From positions 4,416,001-4,480,000 of the forward strand of contig CBDFJQ010000002.1 in assembly GCA_965248575.1 (NCBI GenBank): a DNA stretch of 64,000 bases, read 5' to 3'. Below, piece after piece: positions 1 to 9,412 of this stretch. Under the pieces are notes generated by a model, which did not search any database, was not told the origin of the DNA, and was given only the letters and a program-made list of their open reading frames with translations. The stretch is from Planctomycetota bacterium (GTDB lineage Bacteria > Planctomycetota > B15-G4). The translations under genes and the position numbers were made by a program. Position 1 is the first letter of the stretch. Each line of letters begins with the position of its first letter.

Positions 1-1
1 G

Positions 2-382
2 GACCCCATCGAGAAGACCCAGTCGGACCCCCTCGAACGCATCTTCGACCTGCTCGCCTGGTACCGCGCGGGCATGCTGCGGGACGAGTGCCGCAACGGT
101 TGCCCCGTCGGCAACCTGGCGCTCGAGCTCAGCGACAGATACCCCGAACTCCGTCCGCGGATCGATGGCCTGCTTCGCAGTTGGACCGCGCGCATCAGGC
201 GCTGGTTGGACGAGGCGTCTGATCAACTCCCGCCTGGCATGGACACGGAGCCGCTCTCGCACTTCGTCCTCACAGTCATGGAGGGCGGCCTCCTGCAGGC
301 TCGCGCAGCCCATGAGCTGACGCCCTACGACCACTCTGTTCACGTGCTGCGTGACTACTTCAACCGTCTGAGGCAATCATGA
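2..382 (+). CDS. TetR/AcrR family regulator, C-terminal part (5' end outside window)
   Basis: GCPVGNLALELS motif of LmrA/NemR-type TetR C-terminal domains; frame open from window start. Confidence 0.85.
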   Translation, partial: DPIEKTQSDPLERIFDLLAWYRAGMLRDECRNGCPVGNLALELSDRYPELRPRIDGLLRSWTARIRRWLDEASDQLPPGMDTEPLSHFVLTVMEGGLLQARAAHELTPYDHSVHVLRDYFNRLRQS

Positions 383-954
383 ACAAGACGATTCCCATCC
401 TCGCCGCTCTCCTGCTCCCGCTGTCCGCGTTGGTCTTGGGGCCGCACGCCGAATCCGATGTCAACATGACAACCAAGCCGATCGAGACCAGCCTGTTCGA
501 TGCCGGCGGCATGCACGTTCGCTCCTTCGTGAAGGAGACCGTCATCCACGCACCGGTCGCCGAGCTGTTCGCTGCCTGGGGCGACGCCGAGGTCTTTCCG
601 AAAGCCTATGCCCCTGAAGACCCCAAACTCTCGGCCAATATCGATCTCGTCATCGGTGGGCGTTACGAATGGCTCTGGGATGGAGTGACGGGCAGCAACG
701 CCTGCCAGGTCCTGAGCTACATCCCCGACAGGATGATCAGCTTCAGCTGGAGTGCGCCGCCCTCCCAACCCGAGAGCCGCAAAAAGCTCACCTGGGTGGT
801 GGTCGAGTTCGACGCGCTCGAGGGCGGATCGACGAAGCTCACGTTGACCCACCTGGGCTTTGGAAAAGAGGCTCACTGGGATGAGACGTTCGATTATTTC
901 TCCGCTGCCTGGCCCCACGTCTTCGAGCAGTTCCGCAAGCACCTGGAGCGATAG
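379..954 (+). CDS. SRPBCC/AHSA1 domain protein with signal peptide
   Basis: VIHAPVAELFAAW...ISFSW...TKLTLTHLGF...W; ATGA overlap with TetR. Confidence 0.85.
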   Translation: MNKTIPILAALLLPLSALVLGPHAESDVNMTTKPIETSLFDAGGMHVRSFVKETVIHAPVAELFAAWGDAEVFPKAYAPEDPKLSANIDLVIGGRYEWLWDGVTGSNACQVLSYIPDRMISFSWSAPPSQPESRKKLTWVVVEFDALEGGSTKLTLTHLGFGKEAHWDETFDYFSAAWPHVFEQFRKHLER

Positions 955-955
955 A

Positions 956-1480
956 GTGCCCACAAGCGCATCGCCGGCAGCAGCCGCTCTTCCCATTCGC
1001 ATCCTGACCAGGCAGTTCGAGCTCACGGCGTACACGATCCGCGAGAACACACGCGAAATCGATCACGACGATTCGATGTTCCAACCGCCGAACGGCACGA
1101 ACTGCCTGAACTGGATCTTCGGTCACATCCTCGCGAACCAGAACACCGCCTTGAACCTCCTCGGTGAGGATCCTGTGTCGAGTCTCGAGGACGACTCCCG
1201 CTACGCGCGTGGCAGCGAGCCCCTGACCGATCCAGCTCAGGCGGTTCGCTTCGAGCGGATGCTCGCCGACTTCTTGACAGGCAGGGAGCGACTCGGGCCA
1301 CGGCTCGCGGCACTCACAACGACTGAGCTGGGCGAGGTGGCGTCGACCGGGGCCCCGATCGGTGGGGGCGGGAAGTCCCTGCTCGACGTGCTGGCCGGCC
1401 TCGCGTTCCACGAGGCTTACCACGCGGGTCAGCTGGGCATTCTCCGTCGACTGATCGGCCGGGCAGGCGTGCTGAGCTGA
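956..1480 (+). CDS. DinB family protein
   Basis: NCLNWIFGHI and FHEAYHAGQLGILRR motifs; GTG start 1 nt after previous stop. Confidence 0.85.
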   Translation: MPTSASPAAAALPIRILTRQFELTAYTIRENTREIDHDDSMFQPPNGTNCLNWIFGHILANQNTALNLLGEDPVSSLEDDSRYARGSEPLTDPAQAVRFERMLADFLTGRERLGPRLAALTTTELGEVASTGAPIGGGGKSLLDVLAGLAFHEAYHAGQLGILRRLIGRAGVLS

Positions 1481-1528
1481 TTGCGCTGGCCGAGGCGGGC
1501 TGTCACCACACTCACTGGAAGAGATGCC

Positions 1529-1960
1529 ATGCCGGATGTCCTTTTCGACCTCCCCATCAAGGCCACTCTCCGAAGTGTGTTCGACGGAATCAGCACGCCC
1601 GCCGGGCTCGACTGCTGGTGGACCCAGACCTCAGCGGGGCGCCCCGCAGCGGGCAACGAGTACGAACTCGGATTCGGCCCGACGTACGAGTGGCGTGCAG
1701 AGGTGACGCGCTGCGAGCCGGCCACGGAGTTCGAGCTGGAAATCCTGCGGGCAGACGTCGACTGGACCGGAACCCGCGTCGGCTTCCGACTCGAAGAGCG
1801 GGACGGCGTGACATGGATGCAGTTCCGCCATACCGGGTGGCCTGAAGCGAACGAGCATTACCGGATCTCGTCCAACTGCTGGGCGTCGTACTTGAGGATT
1901 CTGCGCCGTCAGTTGGAGCACGGCGAGTCGGTCGCCTATGAGCAGCGCCTCGACGTCTGA
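1529..1960 (+). CDS. SRPBCC domain protein
   Basis: GLDCWW...WTGTRVGFRL...FRHTGW...CWASYL. Confidence 0.85.
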   Translation: MPDVLFDLPIKATLRSVFDGISTPAGLDCWWTQTSAGRPAAGNEYELGFGPTYEWRAEVTRCEPATEFELEILRADVDWTGTRVGFRLEERDGVTWMQFRHTGWPEANEHYRISSNCWASYLRILRRQLEHGESVAYEQRLDV

Positions 1961-2162
1961 ACGTGCAGACGCCGAACGCCTGTGGGTCCTGAATCCTGCC
2001 TTGCTTGACCGCCATGCGTGGATGGAACGACGCGATCGTCCGTCACGCTGCGCGCGAGTCGACGTGATGCAGGCCGCCGAGCACAGCCCGGCTCCGCACT
2101 CCGTCGTCACCACCGAGACTCCCGAATGGCGGCCTGATGACGGGGGACACGACGGGCCCCGG

Positions 2163-2927
2163 TCAGTCCTGGCGCAGCGCGCCGGCGTTGACTGCTGGAG
2201 AACGGCTCAAGCGCAGCACCTCGTCGAGGTCCTCGTGCAGCGTCTCAGCGGTCCGCCACCAACGGTCGGGCATGGGCATTCCGATGCAGGTGAGCATGTA
2301 CGCGGTCCAGTCGTGACAGTTCGAGCACATGGCATAATCGTAGGTGCTGGCATAGAACTCCGCACGCTCACCGGCGAGTTGCCCGATCATCGATGCGCCT
2401 GCCGGATCCAACCAGAGAGACAGTTCCGTGAGCAGGGAAGACATCTGCCCCGCCGTCACCGGGATGCGCCAGACGCGCCCGGTCTCCCGGACCGATCTGT
2501 AGAGCTCGGCGTCCAGGTTCGTGACGAGGACGAGCCCGTCGTCAGGCGCCAAGAGCAGACGTGCGACCTTGGTCCAGCTCCGATCTTCGGCGAGCGCCCA
2601 TTCCTTGTTGGAGAACCCCACCTCCACGTAGGCCGAGCGCTTCGGTGCATCGTCGAGCGTACCTTCCGTCTTCCCTTGGAGACGCGGATCGAGCGACATC
2701 TCGAAGGGAATGAGCTCCTCGCGAATGTAGAAACCGCTGTGGAAGCCGTTGCTGAAGACAGTCAACGTCTCCGTCGCATCGGTAGCGGCCAGCGGGGCCG
2801 GCTCGGCCCTTCGATGGCGATCAGGCCAGCTGGCGGTGCACGAGCTGCAGACGCAGAGCACTGCCAGAAGCATCGTGAGCCGAAGGGTGATGGGAGCGCT
2901 CCGGCCCCGAGAACGCCGCGCGTCCAT
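2163..2927 (-). CDS. DUF2459-like exported protein
   Basis: SNGFHSG, YVEVGF, Y..CSNCHDWTA pattern; start uncertain. Confidence 0.6.
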   Translation of the reverse strand: MDARRSRGRSAPITLRLTMLLAVLCVCSSCTASWPDRHRRAEPAPLAATDATETLTVFSNGFHSGFYIREELIPFEMSLDPRLQGKTEGTLDDAPKRSAYVEVGFSNKEWALAEDRSWTKVARLLLAPDDGLVLVTNLDAELYRSVRETGRVWRIPVTAGQMSSLLTELSLWLDPAGASMIGQLAGERAEFYASTYDYAMCSNCHDWTAYMLTCIGMPMPDRWWRTAETLHEDLDEVLRLSRSPAVNAGALRQD

Positions 2928-2979
2928 GCGGTGGGCGCTCCCCTCCCACCCGAAAAGGGTGGGGGCCCGAATCACAGGC

Positions 2980-3333
2980 TCACCGATTTGCGAAGGCGGC
3001 GCCCCGCCCCTTGATGGTGACCGTCGCAGTGGCCCAGACCAGGTAGCTGGTGACCGAGATCTTCTTCTTCGGGTTCAAGACGATGTCGATGTCGTCGCGC
3101 TCGTAGATGGCCTTGCCCACGGCCTGCTCCGCGGCGTCCTGGATGATCAACCCCAAACCCCAGACGCTCGGGCAAAACCTGCTGGCCGTGCCGGTCGACT
3201 CGACCGGAGCGACGATCGTGTAGGCCAGCGGCGCAGCAACTGGTGGCGCCGTCATGATGGGGCCAGTCCGCTCCTGGAGGGTGCAGCCGGTGAAGGCGAG
3301 GCAGCATGCGACGGCGATCAGGGACGTCTTCAT
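2980..3333 (-). CDS. Hypothetical lipoprotein
   Basis: Signal peptide ending LAFTGC; coding-like codon usage. Confidence 0.7.
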   Translation of the reverse strand: MKTSLIAVACCLAFTGCTLQERTGPIMTAPPVAAPLAYTIVAPVESTGTASRFCPSVWGLGLIIQDAAEQAVGKAIYERDDIDIVLNPKKKISVTSYLVWATATVTIKGRGAAFANR

Positions 3334-3805
3334 ATTGGTTCTCTTGGTCACGGGACACGGAGGAGCAAATAACCCGTCCGGACTCTACGAGCAGCATGAG
3401 ATAGGGGCAAGCCCGTTTCCTGGGGTGCGGGAGGCATGCCATCCAGTCGACGGAACAAGGCTCACCGAGTGGCCGACCTCGCCGCCCGGCAGCCCCCCTT
3501 CGGACCTCTGGCTGCTCTTCAAGGACCTCAAGATGCGCTCCGGGAGGACGCCGCAGGCGGCTGAGCAATCGCCTCTTCTCTCAGACGCCAGGCTTTGATT
3601 GGCACTCACGGAGCAGCCGTGGCTTGCTAACATCCCCGCGACAGGAGAGTGCGCAGGGCTCCACTCCGGTCGGTTTCGTCAAGGATTGCGGCGGCGTGAT
3701 TACACCGGTGACCCAATGCCTTCATGAAGGCGAACTCCTCTGTCAGCCGGCTCGCTACGTGGGCTCTTCTTGGTGCGGTGTCATGTGCATGTTTCGGAGG
3801 TATGG

Positions 3806-4126
3806 ATGAAGCTTTCCAGGGTGGTCATGTTGTTGTGCGTCTTGATGTTGAATGGCTGCATGACGTTCACTGACCTGGGTCTGGCGAACGGTGCGAAGAA
3901 GGACCGGATCTATGGTGGTGTGCGAGCGAGCTTTGAGGAAGGGTTGGGCTCCGGTCGAGGTGGTAGGCGCGTGGGGATGCTGATCTTCAGGGTGATCGAT
4001 ATCCCGCTGTGTGTCGTTGCCGATACGATTGTGTTGCCTTACACGATCTTGGTTTGGGCCGTTGACCCTGGCTATGACCCTGATGAGGACGGGACGCAGG
4101 ATGATGCTGTGGAGTACCAGCATTGA
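3806..4126 (+). CDS. YceK/YidQ (DUF1375) family lipoprotein
   Basis: LNGCMT lipobox, IYGGVR, IDIPLCVVADTIVLPYT; GGAGG upstream. Confidence 0.85.
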   Translation: MKLSRVVMLLCVLMLNGCMTFTDLGLANGAKKDRIYGGVRASFEEGLGSGRGGRRVGMLIFRVIDIPLCVVADTIVLPYTILVWAVDPGYDPDEDGTQDDAVEYQH

Positions 4127-4455
4127 TGGCGTCGAAGCCGCTCAATGGCGCAAGACTGGTCTAGCAGCCAGCGTCGACCAGTGTCCGGGCCCGATCCGCG
4201 ACGGACCAGCTTGAGAGCGCTCCGTGCTGATCGGCCGAACCATTGCCGAACCTCAAAACAGGGGGGGCGGCCTCCTGCGGTGGCGACGTCGACCTGAAGG
4301 CGCTGCCCGGGCCCACCCTCCCTTGTGCCATCTGGGGTCCTCCGTTACATTTCGAACGACTCCGTCCCTGGGCGCTGCGGGTCAAGCCGGGCGACCAGAC
4401 CGTGGGCGGAATCGACGATCCTGATGCACTGATCCAAGATCCAAAACCCAACTTC

Positions 4456-5127
4456 ATGAGGATGGCTGCCTTGAGCGTTCCTGAGTCCTGCCGACGTCTG
4501 CTGGTTCTCGCCCTCCTGGGCATGGCCGCGTGCACCCAATCGACCATCCTGCGGATCGACTCCGACCCACCGGGTGCCGACATCAACATTACGAACCTGG
4601 GCTTCATGGGCGCGACGCCGCAGGAGAAGAGCTTCACCAACGCGGAGATCAAGAAGCTGGGCGGCAGTGCTCCCGGGCTTTTCCAGTGGGTGGCCCGCGA
4701 CCCGGGTTCCTTCGGAGTCACGATCTCGAAGCGCGGCTACCTGGATACGGTTCAGACAATCAACATGGAATACGGCGAGCGCATGTCGATCCGGCTGGAG
4801 CTGGTCGCGCGGCTCGAGGCCACCGAGATCACTTCCGATCCGGCCGGGGCCAGCGTCTTCCACATGAGGCTCTCTCCCTCAGCGGGTGCAGCGACCAGAA
4901 CCTCGTTCGCGAGCAATGCGCTCGCCGCGCTGGGAACAGCCGCCCCTGGGGAGATCGAGCTCATCTTCCTCGGGATCACCCCGCACAACCTCAGGTACAA
5001 CCCCGCCCAACCGATCATGACGGGAGACTTCATCCTCTTCCAGAAGGAGAGGTACAAGGACGCGGTCTCGGTCTACAACGCGACCCAGGCCCGTCTCCAC
5101 GCGGTCATGCAGCCGGGGACTCCTTAA
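4456..5127 (+). CDS. PEGA domain lipoprotein
   Basis: GMAAC lipobox; two IDSDPPGA/ITSDPAGA...GxTP units. Confidence 0.75.
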   Translation: MRMAALSVPESCRRLLVLALLGMAACTQSTILRIDSDPPGADINITNLGFMGATPQEKSFTNAEIKKLGGSAPGLFQWVARDPGSFGVTISKRGYLDTVQTINMEYGERMSIRLELVARLEATEITSDPAGASVFHMRLSPSAGAATRTSFASNALAALGTAAPGEIELIFLGITPHNLRYNPAQPIMTGDFILFQKERYKDAVSVYNATQARLHAVMQPGTP

Positions 5128-5185
5128 GTCACGAGGTCTGAGAACCGGTTGAGCTGGAGTTCGAGAGACGCATAGAGGGCAATCC

Positions 5186-5710
5186 GTGACCGAAGAGAAC
5201 GCGTCGGTGGAGTTCCTGCGACTGGGCTACCCGAGCCAGCTCTGCAGGCCGATCCCCAGCTTCATCCTGGCGATGCCGTCCCACTGGGTGGTCAGCGAGT
5301 TCCCCGACGCGCTGTATGCGGTGGGCAGCCCCGTCGGAGAGGAAGGCGGCCTCGTGGACGAACACTGGTCCAACTTGATCGTCCACCACGAGCGCATCCT
5401 GCCCACCACGACCGCCGAGGAACGGTCCCGGATCCACTGGAACGTCTACAAGCAGGAGGTGCCCCAGGCCGTCCTGAAGGGGGAGACCACGGTCGAGTTC
5501 GGCGAGCTGACCTACGTCGTCCGCGAGATGGAGATCCCTGACGACACGGAAGACGGCGACACGACCCGGATCGATGCCTTCATGATCGCGCCCGACCGGA
5601 GCCATGCGACCCACGACCTGTTCCAGATCTCCGCGCTCCACCCATCCGCAGCGGGCGACGATCGCCGCCACCTCATCCTTGAGATGCTGGCCAGTCTGAG
5701 GTTCGAGTAG
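5186..5710 (+). CDS. LpqN/DcrB/PsbP-like fold protein
   Basis: YPS...P.F.L.MP..W, NL.V..ER, terminal LASLRFE typical of this fold. Confidence 0.55.
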   Translation: MTEENASVEFLRLGYPSQLCRPIPSFILAMPSHWVVSEFPDALYAVGSPVGEEGGLVDEHWSNLIVHHERILPTTTAEERSRIHWNVYKQEVPQAVLKGETTVEFGELTYVVREMEIPDDTEDGDTTRIDAFMIAPDRSHATHDLFQISALHPSAAGDDRRHLILEMLASLRFE

Positions 5711-5713
5711 GAC

Positions 5714-8700
5714 ATGGGTCTCTTTGGAGATATTTTTGATGTGGTCACGGCCCCTTTCACGGCCCCGGCCAAGATCTTCGTGAAGGTCGTAGATGCCGTC
5801 GTCCCGGACGTCATCTCGAAACCGTTCAAGAAGGCGGTCGATACCGTGGTGAACGTGGCCAAGAAGGCGGCCACGGCCGTGGCCAAGACGGCCGTCCAGG
5901 TGGTCACTGATCCGATCGGGACGGTCGGGATGATGGGCAAGGCGACCGTCGGTCTGGGGAAGGGACTCGTCAATTTAACCGGCACGGTCCTCAAGGCCAC
6001 CGGCAAGGCGGCTCTGGGCGCCGTCGGGGTCGTCGGCAAGACGATGATGGGCGACCTCGAGGGTGCCGCCAGCGACATCGGGGACGCTGCCAAGGACGTG
6101 GCCGATTCCGTCAGCAAGGATGGCAGCGTCACGAACTTCTTCCAGGACTACGTCCCCGGTGGCGGGCTGCTCACCGCCGGTGTCCACGCTGCAGCGGGCA
6201 ACACCGAACACGCCGAGCTCGCCGCCGTCAAGGGCGTGGGCACCGCAACCGCGGCGGTCGTGGCCGCTGCGGGGGCCGCGATGGGCCCTGCGGGATTGGT
6301 CATGATGGCCGGAGCCGGGGCGGCGGCTGACACCCTGGTGCAGGGCTCGATGCGCGACTTGGTCGACCCTACGTTGCAACACCAGCTCGCGCAGGCCACC
6401 CCCGAAGGACTGATAGGGAGCTTCACCACCGGGGCCCTGTTGAAGAAGGGGCTGGAGAAGCTCAAGCACACAAAGGTCGGTGGCAAGGCCCAGGAGCTCT
6501 TGAACAAGGGGAAGGCGAAGCTCGGCTCGAAGCCCAGCATCGGGCCCAAGACCAGGGTTGATTCCTTCTCGTCCGAGCTCGGCGTCGGACTCAGCAAGCC
6601 AAAGTCCATCAAGATCCCTGGTACCCAAAGGACACTGAAGTTGCGTCTGCCCAAGGTGACGGGCGGCAAGATGGTGACGACGCCGTTGGCGGGCTTGGGG
6701 CGCGAGGCGATACCCGATGCGGTGCTGGAGCTCGACCCGACCGGACACGCCGAGGAGAGCGTCAAGAAGAGCAGCACGTGGGGGCCCGAGGGGCCCGAGC
6801 AGGCCAAGGTCGAACAGAAACCCGCGAAGACGGGCGGGAGTTCGACGGTCAAGAAGGTCGCCGCGGCGGCTTTGGTCGGTGGGGGGCTTGTCGCCGCATG
6901 GTCCGGGGGCTGGCTCCCCTCTTTGAGCTGGTTGCCTGATCCTGGTCCTGGTTATGACCCCAATACTCCAGCCGTCGTCGCCCCCAACCCCCTCAACGGG
7001 GTCCCAGAGCTCAAGGTGATCCCGGGGCTCACGAAGTCGGCCGTCAGCCTCGTTGCCAAGCCCGTTGCCAAGCCTGTTGCGCCGCTGGAAACCGAGATCG
7101 CAGCCGCAGCCCCGGAGCCCGTGGAGACCCTGACCGCGGCCGTGGCCCCCGTGCCCGATGAGACTCTGACCGCGGCCGTGGCCCCCGTGCCCGTGGAGAC
7201 CCTGACCGCGGCCGTGGATCCCGTGCCCGATGAGACTCTGACCGCGGCCGTGGCCCCCGTGCCCGCGGAGACCCTGACCGCGGCCGTGGATCCCGTGCCC
7301 GATGAGACCCTGACCGCGGCCGTGGCCCCCGTGCCCGTGGAGAGCCTGACCGCGGCCGTGGATCCCGTGCCCGATGAGAGCCTGACCGCGGCCGTGGCCC
7401 CCGTGCCCGTGGAGACCCTGACCGCGGCCGTGGATCCCGTGCCCGATGAGAGCCTGACCGCGGCCGTGGCCCCCGTGCCCGTGGAGACCCTGACCGCGGC
7501 CGTGGCCCCAGTGCCCGTGGAGACCCTGACCGCGGCCGTGGCCCCCGTGCCCGTTGAGACCCTGACCGCGGCCGTGGAGCCCGTGCCCACCCCGCCCATC
7601 GAGGTTTTGCCGCCCCCGCCCAACCTTCCCGTGGATGTCCGCCTGAGCCTGTGGGATGACGCTGCCCCGCAGCAGGACGGCGAGTACAAGCTGCCGATCG
7701 GGGAGGACGACGCAGCCAGCCTCACGCAGCAGTTACAGGTCGCGCCCGAGCTGCGGCTCGCGGGCACGCTGACTGATGGCACCGCCTTGCCCGCGGACTA
7801 CTTGATGGATGCTGCGGACAACGTCGTCTTCGATGACGTTGTGGGTGACCCCGACGATCTCATCCGGGTGGTCTACGAGGATGTGGACCCCGGCGACCTC
7901 GAAGGTGGTCGGTACGCCCGCGCACTCACCGCCACGGGCAAGGGCGTCGGCCAAGCCGAGCTCTCTGTCTCCCTGCTGGACGCTCCCGGCGTGACGGCCT
8001 CCCTCCGGGTGGAGGTGGTCAGCGCCGGCATGTCGGTGGACGAGTACCAGTTCGAGGAAGGTCTCAAGTCGGGCGACCCCACCGAGGCTTACGTCGCGGC
8101 GGGACGGCTGGTGGAGAAGGCCACCGCGAACGGGGATGCCCCCGGTCTCAACAACATCGCCTGGAAGATTCTGGATCCCGAGGTCGCCGTGGTCCGGCGC
8201 GATCTCGACCTGGCCCAGCAGGTTGTGGACAAGGCCTTCGAGTTCTCGGCGTCTCGGAACATGCACAGCAAACTGCTGCACACCGAGGCGCGCATCCTGG
8301 CCCATAAGGGCGAACTCACGGAGGCGCTGAAGCAGGAGGCCGAGGCCATCCAACTCGGGGCGGGCGAGCCTGACCTGCTGGCCGCCCGGGACGAATACGC
8401 CCGGCGGGTGGTGGATATGTACGTGGCGGATCCCATCAACTCGGGGCTTTTGGGGGAGCTGACGGGGCTGAAGGACACGTACTCCAATGAACGGGATGTG
8501 AACAACCTGGACCGGCTCGCGTGGGACATCGTCAAGCCGCGCACCGGAGCCACCTTGACCGACGACGGCGCCTATCTGGCTCTGCAGGCGTCGAAGAAAG
8601 CCGTCGAGCTGACTCAGTCGAAGGAACCGAGATTCCTCGTGACGGAGGCAACAGCCGCTTACCGCCTGGGGGACTACACCGGCGCGCTCAATAGTCAGAC

Positions 8701-9103
8701 CCTGGCGGTGACCCTGGCGCCGCAGGACGCCTCGCTCAAACTCGCGCTCGAGAAGTACCGCGCACTGGCCCAGGGCAGGAACCCCTCGTCCTCGGCTGGC
8801 GGCAAGGGCCTGGCGTCCGGTGCCCCCGGGTGGTTGAGCGTGAGTGTCTATGGGGGGGACGCCCCGAACCTGGCCATCAAGGTCTGGCGTTTGCCCTGGA
8901 GCGGCGAAGGTTCTCCGCCCCTGAGGACCGTGAACGTGCAGAACGAAGACGCCTATGACAGTGTCCCCGTCGTCAAGATCGACCTGCCGCCGGGAGACTA
9001 CCGGGTCATCGCCGGGGATTCGTCTGGCGGGACCGCTTGGAACGAGGTGAAGGTTTTCAGCGGGGACACCGTGGACGTCAATTTGACGATCGACTACCGC
9101 TGA
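5714..9103 (+). CDS. 1129-aa protein: hydrophobic Gly/Ala-rich N-terminus, 12-aa repeat stalk, Ig-like, TPR-like and C-terminal beta domain
   Basis: Long ORF; NNIAW/RLAW...A.A TPR-like segments; 3 nt after upstream gene. Confidence 0.8.
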   Translation: MGLFGDIFDVVTAPFTAPAKIFVKVVDAVVPDVISKPFKKAVDTVVNVAKKAATAVAKTAVQVVTDPIGTVGMMGKATVGLGKGLVNLTGTVLKATGKAALGAVGVVGKTMMGDLEGAASDIGDAAKDVADSVSKDGSVTNFFQDYVPGGGLLTAGVHAAAGNTEHAELAAVKGVGTATAAVVAAAGAAMGPAGLVMMAGAGAAADTLVQGSMRDLVDPTLQHQLAQATPEGLIGSFTTGALLKKGLEKLKHTKVGGKAQELLNKGKAKLGSKPSIGPKTRVDSFSSELGVGLSKPKSIKIPGTQRTLKLRLPKVTGGKMVTTPLAGLGREAIPDAVLELDPTGHAEESVKKSSTWGPEGPEQAKVEQKPAKTGGSSTVKKVAAAALVGGGLVAAWSGGWLPSLSWLPDPGPGYDPNTPAVVAPNPLNGVPELKVIPGLTKSAVSLVAKPVAKPVAPLETEIAAAAPEPVETLTAAVAPVPDETLTAAVAPVPVETLTAAVDPVPDETLTAAVAPVPAETLTAAVDPVPDETLTAAVAPVPVESLTAAVDPVPDESLTAAVAPVPVETLTAAVDPVPDESLTAAVAPVPVETLTAAVAPVPVETLTAAVAPVPVETLTAAVEPVPTPPIEVLPPPPNLPVDVRLSLWDDAAPQQDGEYKLPIGEDDAASLTQQLQVAPELRLAGTLTDGTALPADYLMDAADNVVFDDVVGDPDDLIRVVYEDVDPGDLEGGRYARALTATGKGVGQAELSVSLLDAPGVTASLRVEVVSAGMSVDEYQFEEGLKSGDPTEAYVAAGRLVEKATANGDAPGLNNIAWKILDPEVAVVRRDLDLAQQVVDKAFEFSASRNMHSKLLHTEARILAHKGELTEALKQEAEAIQLGAGEPDLLAARDEYARRVVDMYVADPINSGLLGELTGLKDTYSNERDVNNLDRLAWDIVKPRTGATLTDDGAYLALQASKKAVELTQSKEPRFLVTEATAAYRLGDYTGALNSQTLAVTLAPQDASLKLALEKYRALAQGRNPSSSAGGKGLASGAPGWLSVSVYGGDAPNLAIKVWRLPWSGEGSPPLRTVNVQNEDAYDSVPVVKIDLPPGDYRVIAGDSSGGTAWNEVKVFSGDTVDVNLTIDYR
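7118..7588 (+). repeat. Intragenic tandem repeat, 13 x 36 bp (P[VDA]E[TS]LTAAV[ADE]PV)
   Basis: Directly visible, no spacers, partly alternating as a 72-bp unit. Confidence 0.95.
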
Positions 9104-9135
9104 GCCCGCCTGCCGTCCTCCGTCTGCCGTCGTGC

Positions 9136-9173
9136 GTTGCGGGCGCTCTTCACCGCCTGCGAGTTCTCAAGAC
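9136..9173 (+). repeat. Dispersed repeat A, copy 1
   Basis: 33/38 identical to 31522-31559. Confidence 0.8.
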
Positions 9174-9209
9174 CCATTGACGGATCGGCTTGGCTGAGAG
9201 CCAGCCTCC

Positions 9210-9239
9210 ACATGAGGGGGTTTTGAATGGCCTCTCCTC
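9210..9239 (+). repeat. oriIS-like end motif copy
   Basis: acatgagggggttttgaatggcctctcctc, aligns with 17393-17422. Confidence 0.7.
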
Positions 9240-9412
9240 GCTCGGAATGCACTCGGGCTCTTGTCCAGACTGCCCTGGGTCGCTCGGGCAAAACCCCGGC
9301 GAGGTCGCGAGATTCGTCCGGGGCGGATACCATCGCGTCGGGACGGTGCTGAAGGAAGTACCGTGGGTGCGAGTGCCGTCGGTGCTCCAAATCACTTCAA
9401 AAGGAGGCTGGA

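Noticed and set aside
3490..3540. RsmE-like fragment PPSDLWLLF
   Set aside because: Too short to support
7118..7588. CRISPR array
   Set aside because: 36-bp units are contiguous with no spacers, in frame within a CDS, and there are no cas genes
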